Shown here in pieces: positions 7,394 to 14,342 of a stretch of 32,000 bases of DNA. The DNA is taken from positions 480,001 to 512,000 of the forward strand of contig CP010514.1 of the NCBI GenBank assembly GCA_001552015.1, given 5' to 3'. Source of the DNA: Candidatus Nanopusillus acidilobi. GTDB lineage: Archaea; Nanobdellota; Nanobdellia; Nanobdellales; Nanobdellaceae. A program made the position numbers and the translations under genes. The notes below the pieces were generated by a model. That model did no database searches. It worked only from the letters and a program-made list of their open reading frames with translations, and was not told where the DNA came from. Each line of letters opens with the position of its first letter. The first letter of the stretch is position 1.

Positions 7394-8110
7394 TTATTTT
7401 CCAAATCTCCTTTCCCTTTTCTTATACCATTCAATTGCATTTATAAAATCCTCTTTTGTAATCTCTGGCCAATATTTATCTATAAAATATAATTCAGAAT
7501 ATGCAGCTTGATATAATAAATAATTACTTATTCTATGTTCTCCACTTGTTCTTATTATTAAATCTGGCTCTGGATATGGAATTTCATCACCAAAATATAA
7601 ATATTTCATGAATAATGACTCATCTAAATTATTAATATCTATAATACCCTTTTTAAAATCTTCAAATAATTTTTTAATACCATCAATTATTTCTTGTCTG
7701 CTTCCATATATAACTGCCAAATTTAAATAATAATTAGAATTATTTTTTGTAAAATCTTCTACTAATTTTATTTCTTTCTGAACATCATCTGGTAAAAGAT
7801 TTGTCCTACCAATTATCTTTACTTTTACTTTATTTTCAATAATCCTTTTATCTTCTCTTATCATTTTTAATTTCTCTTTTAATAATTCTAATACAGGATC
7901 TACATCTTCCTTTGGTCTTTTTAGAAAATTATCATATGAAATAATAAAAATTGTAGCAACCTTTATACCAAATTCTATGCACCAATTTAAAAATTCTACA
8001 GCTTTATCAGAACCAATCTTATATGCTTCATATACAGATAAATTATATTTTTTAGCATACCTTCTATTGCCATCTGGTATAACTGCTATATGTTTTGGAA
8101 TATTATCCAT
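7394..8110 (-). CDS. uppS: cis-Prenyltransferase (undecaprenyl/dolichyl-type diphosphate synthase)
   Basis: 238 aa. Motifs HIAVIPDGNRRYA, the IIRTSGEHRISNYLLYQ block, and the C-terminal RRFG fit the UppS family. Confidence 0.9.
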   Translation of the reverse strand: MDNIPKHIAVIPDGNRRYAKKYNLSVYEAYKIGSDKAVEFLNWCIEFGIKVATIFIISYDNFLKRPKEDVDPVLELLKEKLKMIREDKRIIENKVKVKIIGRTNLLPDDVQKEIKLVEDFTKNNSNYYLNLAVIYGSRQEIIDGIKKLFEDFKKGIIDINNLDESLFMKYLYFGDEIPYPEPDLIIRTSGEHRISNYLLYQAAYSELYFIDKYWPEITKEDFINAIEWYKKRERRFGK

Positions 8111-8281
8111 AACTAATTTTATTTAATATTCTTTAAAAATATAAAATAATTTTTAATTACAAAGTTATATTTTCATTATATTAATTATAAAAATCCAAAA
8201 ATCATTATTCTTCCTTTTTAAAATACTTACTTAATAGGATTACAAAGTTTAATAATATTAACCTTATTAAGAATATATATT

Positions 8282-8352
8282 GCACCCGTCGTCTAGTGGC
8301 AGGATGCGGGCCTTCCAAGCCCGCGGCCCGGGTTCAAATCCCGGCGGGTGCA
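8282..8352 (+). tRNA. tRNA-Gly (anticodon UCC), no encoded CCA
   Basis: Hand fold: acceptor GCACCCG/CGGGTGC, D arm GTCT-AGTGGCA-GGAT, anticodon stem CGGGC/GCCCG, loop CTTCCAA, T arm CCGGG-TTCAAAT-CCCGG, discriminator A. Confidence 0.9.
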
Positions 8353-8495
8353 TAATATAATTTTCTATATATAATATTCTAAATTCAATAAACACTCAAA
8401 TGACTGATATGAAATGATTGAAATCTACCAATTAATAAGGCTACATATTTACTTTGCATTATTAATTTATTAATTATAAAAATTTACATAAAATT

Positions 8496-9794
8496 ATGGA
8501 TATTATTATAGGAAGATCAATAGATGATTTAGAAAAATATGGACTAGAAGGTTCAATTTTTATAGGTAAAGAATATATAAAAATGGAAAATGCTTTATCT
8601 TTAGCAAATACGGTATATTTAGATGTAAATCTTCCACATTTAATATTAATTGCTGGAAAAAGGGGACAAGGAAAAAGTTATACATTAGCTTCAATATTTG
8701 AAAGTTTATCAGATCTTGAAGAAGATTTATTAAAAAATTTCTCAGGATTAATATTTGATACAGCAGGAATATTTTGGACAATGAAATTTCCAAATTATAG
8801 AGATGCTGAATTATTAGAAAAATGGGGTTTAAAACCAAAATCAATAAAAAATTGTAGAATATTGGTTCCTAAAGGTTTATTAGATGAATATAGAAAAATA
8901 AATGTTCCTATAGATGATACTTTTCAATTAGATCCATCAGATCTTTCAGGAATTGAATGGGTTTTAACATTTAATTTAGATCCGGCATCAAATATTGCAT
9001 TATATATACAAAAAATTATAAAAAGAATGAAGGAAAATAATAATGGATATTCTATACAAGATATAATAAGTTATACAGAAAAAATGGATATAGATAGTAA
9101 TATTAAAAATGCTATAACTACATATTTTGAAAATGCAGATAGCTGGGGATTATTTTCTGAAAAAGCTGAAAGCATAAGAAATTTAACAAAACCTGGTTAT
9201 ATAAATATATTAGACATATCATTATATACTACAATAACTGGAGGATGGTCAGTAAAAAATCTAGTAATTGGATTAGTATCTAAAAAAATATTTTATCAAA
9301 GATTAATATATAGGAAAGTAGAAGAATTGGAAGAGATATATATTTCAAAAGAATTAGGTACAAGAGAATTTCCATTGATATGGATTGCAATTGATGAAGC
9401 TCACGAAGCAATTCCAAATGATTCAATTACACCAGCAACAGAACCATTAATACAGATAATAAGAGAAGGAAGACAGCCAGGTATAACATTAGTATTAGCA
9501 ACGCAACAACCTGGTAAAATGCATACAGATGTAATTACACAAAGTGATATAGTCATATCACATAGAGTAACTGCAGAAGAAGATTTAAAATCTTTAAATG
9601 AAATAATGAAAAACTTTACTGCGCAAGATATTGATATATATATGAATGAAAATATACCAAAGAAAAAAGGCGCTGCTTTAATTTTAGATGATAAATCTGA
9701 AAAAATATATCCAGTTCAAATAAAACCGAGGGTTTCCTGGCATGGAGGTTCAGATCCTACTTTAATTAGAAAAAGATTATGGCTAGAGGGATAG
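8496..9794 (+). CDS. HerA/FtsK-superfamily (DUF87-like) P-loop ATPase
   Basis: 432 aa. Walker A is LILIAGKRGQGKSYT and Walker B is LIWIAIDEAHEA (hhhhDEAH). The block IIREGRQPGITLVLATQQPGKMHTDVITQSDIVISHRVT matches the HerA-type REGRK-G...sQrP...Rl arrangement. There are no PilB/ArlI-type Asp/His boxes. Confidence 0.75.
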   Translation: MDIIIGRSIDDLEKYGLEGSIFIGKEYIKMENALSLANTVYLDVNLPHLILIAGKRGQGKSYTLASIFESLSDLEEDLLKNFSGLIFDTAGIFWTMKFPNYRDAELLEKWGLKPKSIKNCRILVPKGLLDEYRKINVPIDDTFQLDPSDLSGIEWVLTFNLDPASNIALYIQKIIKRMKENNNGYSIQDIISYTEKMDIDSNIKNAITTYFENADSWGLFSEKAESIRNLTKPGYINILDISLYTTITGGWSVKNLVIGLVSKKIFYQRLIYRKVEELEEIYISKELGTREFPLIWIAIDEAHEAIPNDSITPATEPLIQIIREGRQPGITLVLATQQPGKMHTDVITQSDIVISHRVTAEEDLKSLNEIMKNFTAQDIDIYMNENIPKKKGAALILDDKSEKIYPVQIKPRVSWHGGSDPTLIRKRLWLEG

Positions 9795-12019
9795 TAAAGG
9801 AAATAGAAGGAGTAATTGCAATAGTAATTTTTATTTCATTTTTAACATTTTATTTAACAATGTATAAAGAATATATGATAAATAACATTAACAATTATAA
9901 TCAAATAAATTATTATAATAATTATATAAACAATATACTGAATTCAATTGAAAGTGAATATTATTTATTATCATTAAATGTTTCAATACCATTGTCTATG
10001 TATTATCAATGTTTATCAAATTCTTCAATATATAAGAATTTAATTTTTGAAAATGCATATAATGATTTTTGTACATCTTTTCCAATCTATTATCCATTAA
10101 ATATATCCTTTTTAACAAATTATTCTGGAGTATTAAATAATACAAATAATACATATTTAGATCCAAATGTTGGAATATTCTTTTATGCAAATTTTACAAG
10201 TTTTAATATAAACAATAATCAACCACAATATGTTTTAATAAATGTTTCAAATCCTTCAAAACAAAATTTAACTAATTATCCTGTATTTATAACTTCTACT
10301 GATATTTTTTATTGGCTGCAAAATGGTTCTAATCTATCCGTAGAAGATTTGAATGGAAATAATTATTCTTTTTGTTATTTAAATAATAATCTAAATTGTA
10401 ATAGTTTTAATAATAATGCCTATGGAATTTGGGTTGATTTAAATATATCTCCATATGGTTATGTAATATTAAATATTTCTCCAATAAATGGAACAAATAA
10501 CTATTCAGTTGATGGAAAAGAAATATTTCCAGTATATGATATATTTAATTATACAAATTATCAACAATTTAGTCAATATTGGACAAATAATACTCCTATA
10601 AATATTATATATATGAATCCGGGAGACAATATTTATTCTTGTTCTCAATATTCAAGTATATTAAACTCATGCATCCAATATAATAACTTCAAAATTACTT
10701 ATAATACCGTTATTCCTAAAGGTAATTATTTAATATTATTTAATATTCAAAATGAGAGTTATTCTTATAATGCATATATACAATTAGGAGATAAATGTAA
10801 TATAAATCTACCATCTTCTGGAGACCAAAATTCTTTATATGTTTATTATTGTTATAATAATGACAATAATGATAATTTACAAATATCTGGTCAAAATATT
10901 ACTACATATTATATAAATTTAATTCCATATAATGTAATACCAAATATAAAAATACTTTATCAACCAAATTTAACCAATAATTATAAATTTATTATAGGTC
11001 CAAATTTAACTTATGATTTTTCTCAATATAATGATCTAGGATTGTCTAATTCTAATAATAACTTTGCAATATATAATAATAATTTAGCATATTTTTCTTA
11101 TATAACACAAATTATAACTAAAATTATAATAAATACAAGTGGTACTTATTTTTATTCTAATTCTATTTCATATTATTCTATTCCAGAAACATATTCTACA
11201 GACTGTTTTTCATATATCAAAATTGGATTTTCGTTTTATACTTCCGAATATGAGCCTTATAATTTAACTCCCTATGTTTATAATGATTCACTAGCTTTAT
11301 TATATCTATATAATTCCACAAATCTATCAATAAAAGACATAATATTTTCTAATACTTATTGGTATATATTTAATACAGAAAAATATTATAATTCAAATAA
11401 TATGATGTTTTGGAATACTTCACAATCTAGTTATGGTTTTATTTTAGACTCAACGAATATTTATAATAAAATATTCAATCTAAACAATTTATATAACGGA
11501 TATTTATATTATGAATATGAGAATGGTATAATACTAAGAAGATATATACAAACTACTTGCCCATACCTATATTCTATATTATATACAAATTATAATCCAA
11601 CAATATATATTTCAAATATTTCCTCATATGATAATTATAACAATCTTTATTTCTTAAATGCAACATTAAATAATAATTATAATTATCAAAATTATTACTT
11701 CTATTTATATTCAAATCCAAATTTAGATAAACAAACTGCATTATATTTAGCATTTTCTACTCAAATTCCATATATTGAAATAAACTATATTAAACCAATA
11801 AATGTAATAAATTTAAATAATTTAGTTAATTTATCAGAAAATTATCAAAATGTATATTTTTACTTTAATAATTTAAATATAACAATATTTAATGGGACAA
11901 TATCTCAAGGGAATATTGTAAATAATTATACATATTCAGAAAACTTCAATATATATGTATTGAATAATACAATGGTAAATACATTATATAAAGATCAATT
12001 AACAATATATATAAAATGA
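9779..12019 (+). CDS. Large (746 aa) Asn/Tyr-rich predicted surface glycoprotein with archaeal type-IV-pilin-like N-terminus and a DUF2341-like segment
   Basis: A 746-codon ORF in roughly 18% GC DNA is very unlikely by chance. Its start lies 16 nt inside the ATPase ORF. The N-terminus MARG-IVKEIEGVIAIVIFISFLTFYL resembles archaeal pilin N-terminal domains (RGxSEVIGVILLIAI type). There are dozens of N-x-S/T sequons. The segment YVLINVSNPSKQNLTNYPVFITS...LSVEDLNGNNYSFCYL...AYGIWVDLNISPYGYVILNISP resembles the DUF2341 consensus as I recall it. Confidence 0.7.
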   Translation: MARGIVKEIEGVIAIVIFISFLTFYLTMYKEYMINNINNYNQINYYNNYINNILNSIESEYYLLSLNVSIPLSMYYQCLSNSSIYKNLIFENAYNDFCTSFPIYYPLNISFLTNYSGVLNNTNNTYLDPNVGIFFYANFTSFNINNNQPQYVLINVSNPSKQNLTNYPVFITSTDIFYWLQNGSNLSVEDLNGNNYSFCYLNNNLNCNSFNNNAYGIWVDLNISPYGYVILNISPINGTNNYSVDGKEIFPVYDIFNYTNYQQFSQYWTNNTPINIIYMNPGDNIYSCSQYSSILNSCIQYNNFKITYNTVIPKGNYLILFNIQNESYSYNAYIQLGDKCNINLPSSGDQNSLYVYYCYNNDNNDNLQISGQNITTYYINLIPYNVIPNIKILYQPNLTNNYKFIIGPNLTYDFSQYNDLGLSNSNNNFAIYNNNLAYFSYITQIITKIIINTSGTYFYSNSISYYSIPETYSTDCFSYIKIGFSFYTSEYEPYNLTPYVYNDSLALLYLYNSTNLSIKDIIFSNTYWYIFNTEKYYNSNNMMFWNTSQSSYGFILDSTNIYNKIFNLNNLYNGYLYYEYENGIILRRYIQTTCPYLYSILYTNYNPTIYISNISSYDNYNNLYFLNATLNNNYNYQNYYFYLYSNPNLDKQTALYLAFSTQIPYIEINYIKPINVINLNNLVNLSENYQNVYFYFNNLNITIFNGTISQGNIVNNYTYSENFNIYVLNNTMVNTLYKDQLTIYIK

Positions 12020-12336
12020 GAAGCTGGATAATATTGGTAGAATTAGCATTTTCAATAATATTATTAACATTCTTTTTCTTATATACTTATTATAGTAAAT
12101 CTAGCAATTATAATATTTATTCTTTTGACCCAAATAATTTAATTTACCTAAATTCTTCATGTAACAATAATTTATATATATATGAAATAATAAATCTAAC
12201 AAATAATAATATCACAATATGTTATTTTGGAAAACAAGTAAATTCAACATATATACAAAATCATGAACCAATATTTGAATATTTATATGCAGGCCAAAAT
12301 TATTTTAATCCATATATATTAATTATATTTGGATGA
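12016..12336 (+). CDS. Small prepilin-like membrane/surface protein (106 aa)
   Basis: ATGA overlap with the upstream gene. The N-terminus is MRS-WIILVELAFSIILLTFFFLY, a basic head, a small residue, then a hydrophobic helix containing Glu. It has 2 Cys and 4 sequons (NSS, NLT, NIT, NST). Confidence 0.55.
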   Translation: MRSWIILVELAFSIILLTFFFLYTYYSKSSNYNIYSFDPNNLIYLNSSCNNNLYIYEIINLTNNNITICYFGKQVNSTYIQNHEPIFEYLYAGQNYFNPYILIIFG

Positions 12337-12773
12337 GATCTCAATATATATTATTAGCAACAATTGCAATTATCATTATTTTATCTTTTATTACATATTA
12401 CAATATTTCTCCAATAAAGAATATTAATCCAAATTTAATAGGAGAAAATTTTGAAGATCAAATAACATATATATATCAAAATTTTGGATATAATTATATA
12501 TCTAATTATACATTATATTTTGAAAATTATACAGAAGATATTAATTACAATTTTTCTTTTATTTGTATATCTTCATATAATTTATCAATTCAAGCATGTA
12601 ATGGAAATAATATAAATTGTTGTTATTATTTTAATGGATCTTTTTTTGTAAATCAAAATATATTAAAATATTGCAATGAAAACTTTATTTTATATAATCC
12701 ACCAAATTGGATTTGTTTTTGTTATAATGTAAATAATTCTAATAGTTATTATATTAATTTCTTTTGTGTCTAA
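12333..12773 (+). CDS. Small prepilin-like Cys-rich surface protein (146 aa)
   Basis: ATGA overlap with the upstream gene. The N-terminus is MRS-QYILLATIAIIIILSFITYY. The C-terminal half has 9 Cys, and there are about 7 sequons. Confidence 0.55.
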   Translation: MRSQYILLATIAIIIILSFITYYNISPIKNINPNLIGENFEDQITYIYQNFGYNYISNYTLYFENYTEDINYNFSFICISSYNLSIQACNGNNINCCYYFNGSFFVNQNILKYCNENFILYNPPNWICFCYNVNNSNSYYINFFCV

Positions 12774-13240
12774 CATAAGCTAATATATAAACCTGATTGA
12801 TTTTTATTTAATAATAAACATAAATTATTTGTAATTGTAAGATTAGAACTATTTATTATATTAAATGGGACTGTATTAATAGTAAAATTATATTCATAAT
12901 CATATGCAGATAATTGAGTTATATTTAAATTTATATATGGTGGAACTTGTAAAGAATAATTTATAGTAGAATAATATATACACATTATTTCTCCCGGATA
13001 AATATATATGATTGTTTTTGATGGTAAATTATTATAAGCTTTATAATTACATGAATAACAAGATCCAATTGTCTCTATTTGATAATTTAAATTTGTTAAT
13101 AAATTTACAATATATTTTAAGTTTAATTCATCCTGTTGATTTTGAACTGTTAAATGAACAAAATATATAACAAAAGATAATATAGAAAGAGCAAACGCAG
13201 TATATATTAAAAATTCAATCCATAAACTTATACCCTTCAT
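12770..13240 (-). CDS. Small prepilin-like surface protein (156 aa)
   Basis: The N-terminus MKG-ISLWIEFLIYTAFALSILSFVIYF is close to the classical KG/FTLIE-type class III signal. It has 5 Cys and 6 sequons. Its start overlaps the rps19e stop by 4 nt, and its stop overlaps the convergent 146-aa gene by 4 nt. Confidence 0.55.
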   Translation of the reverse strand: MKGISLWIEFLIYTAFALSILSFVIYFVHLTVQNQQDELNLKYIVNLLTNLNYQIETIGSCYSCNYKAYNNLPSKTIIYIYPGEIMCIYYSTINYSLQVPPYINLNITQLSAYDYEYNFTINTVPFNIINSSNLTITNNLCLLLNKNQSGLYISLC

Positions 13241-13746
13241 GAAACAGATTTAATATAATCAATTAAATTCTTATTTTCATTATTTAATTCTTTATATATT
13301 TCATTAGCTAATTTATCTAATAAACTTCTTCCATTATTTGTTACAACTCTTCCTTTTTTCTTTCCTTCATTTACTTTCATAACCAATCCAGCATTTTCCA
13401 ATTGATGCAATATTTCCCTTATTAATTTTCCATATCCTCTTACAACTTTTCCAGGTTCCATTCCCCTTTTTCTTAATCCAGAATATTTTCTTCTTAATCT
13501 AGAAATACCAATTGGCCCATATAAATATACTTTCCTTAAAATAGATGCTGCCCTATAATACCACCATCCAGGTCCTCCATTATAATCTAAATCCGCTGGA
13601 AAGTCTGGATTTCTTTCTTTATCTGGTCCTGTTTTAATAAAAAATGCCCAACTTGGTGGTTTTATTATATCTTTATAATTTTCGAATAAATATTTAGCTA
13701 ATCTTTCTACAAGTATTTGACCATTTACATCTCTTACAGATACCAT
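13237..13746 (-). CDS. rps19e: Ribosomal protein S19e (eS19)
   Basis: MVSVRDVNGQILVERLAKYL...PSWAFFIKTGPDKERNP...WWYYRAASILRKVYLYGPIGISRLRRKYSG matches eS19. The ORF track begins 3 codons earlier at a TTG (13755); I prefer the ATG at 13746. Confidence 0.9.
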   Translation of the reverse strand: MVSVRDVNGQILVERLAKYLFENYKDIIKPPSWAFFIKTGPDKERNPDFPADLDYNGGPGWWYYRAASILRKVYLYGPIGISRLRRKYSGLRKRGMEPGKVVRGYGKLIREILHQLENAGLVMKVNEGKKKGRVVTNNGRSLLDKLANEIYKELNNENKNLIDYIKSVS

Positions 13747-13789
13747 AATATGCAATATTTATAAAACATTTTTAAAATATATGTAAATT
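13747..13789. promoter_or_regulatory. Divergent promoter spacer with two opposed TATA-like boxes (rps19e / rpl37ae)
   Basis: TTTATAAAA at 13758-13766 lies 24-32 nt upstream of the rpl37ae ATG (13790). TTTAAAAT at 13771-13778, read on the minus strand, lies about 25-32 nt upstream of the rps19e ATG (13746). This is a weak call because the DNA is AT-rich. Confidence 0.35.
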
Positions 13790-14008
13790 ATGAGTCATAC
13801 TAAATTATTGGGTCCTGTTGCAAGATTCGGTTCTAGATATGGAAAAGGTATAAGGGAAAATTTAGTTGAGATTGAAAAGAAATATAGAAATAAAAAATTA
13901 AAATGTCCATTCTGCAATAGTGTATCAGTAAAAAGATTATCTTATGGAATATGGTATTGCACACATTGTGGCAAAAAATTTGCTGGAAAAGCTTATAGTA
14001 TACAATGA
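13790..14008 (+). CDS. rpl37ae: Ribosomal protein L37Ae (eL43)
   Basis: 72 aa. GPVARFGSRYGKGIRE...KCPFCNS..VKR...GIWYCTHCGKKFAGKAY is the CxxC...CxxC zinc ribbon typical of eL43. Confidence 0.9.
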   Translation: MSHTKLLGPVARFGSRYGKGIRENLVEIEKKYRNKKLKCPFCNSVSVKRLSYGIWYCTHCGKKFAGKAYSIQ

Positions 14009-14145
14009 CCCAATATATTTGCATAAATTGTAAAAGAATAATAGATGGAGAAACTGCATTAAAAAAGGTTAAATGTATATATTGTGGATCAAAGATATTA
14101 GTAAAACTAAGACCAAATACAATTAAAAAAATAAAAGCTGTATGA
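14005..14145 (+). CDS. rpoP: RNA polymerase subunit P (Rpo12/RpoP), 46 aa, not in the ORF track
   Basis: My own translation is MTQYICINCKRIIDGETALKKVKCIYCGSKILVKLRPNTIKKIKAV. This is a CxxC...CxxCG-ILxK-R zinc ribbon. It has ATGA overlaps with rpl37ae upstream and the next ORF downstream, and sits in the conserved position after L37Ae. Confidence 0.75.
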   Translation: MTQYICINCKRIIDGETALKKVKCIYCGSKILVKLRPNTIKKIKAV

Positions 14146-14342
14146 AAATAGTTATTAGTATTGAAGATAAAGATTTAATAGATATATTAAAATTTTTAGA
14201 ATCTCAAGAAGGAATAAAAATTGAGAATAATAGTATAATAATTAATAAAAAAGATATATCAAAGGCAAGAGCTCAGATAAACTTAATATTTAGATTATTA
14301 AATATATATGATAATCTTAACAGATTCTTGTCCAGTTTGTAA
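14142..14342 (+). CDS. Small protein (66 aa), possibly KEOPS subunit Pcc1-like
   Basis: ORF track. IIINKKDISKARAQINLIFRLLNIYDNL loosely resembles the Pcc1 C-terminal a-D---lRa--Ns-lr-l helix. Pcc1 is a member of the archaeal L37Ae/RpoP/prefoldin-beta neighbourhood. This is a low-confidence by-eye call. Confidence 0.35.
   Translation: MKIVISIEDKDLIDILKFLESQEGIKIENNSIIINKKDISKARAQINLIFRLLNIYDNLNRFLSSL

Noticed and set aside
8391-8430. C/D-box-like strings (aaATGACTGAtATGAAATGATTGAaatc) upstream of the ATPase operon
   Set aside because: The boxes are degenerate and overlap one another. There are no 12-nt spacers and no terminal CUGA in the right place. This looks like a chance match in AT-rich DNA.
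8282-13240. Integrated plasmid or provirus at tRNA-Gly (a HerA/packaging-type ATPase plus glycoprotein-like genes right after a tRNA)
   Set aside because: I see no integrase. The tRNA 3' end (GGTTCAAATCC... occurs only in the three tRNAs) is not repeated, so there is no att site. The base composition matches the surroundings, and the last gene is translationally coupled to rps19e. I therefore treat the locus as chromosomal, although ancient mobile ancestry cannot be excluded.
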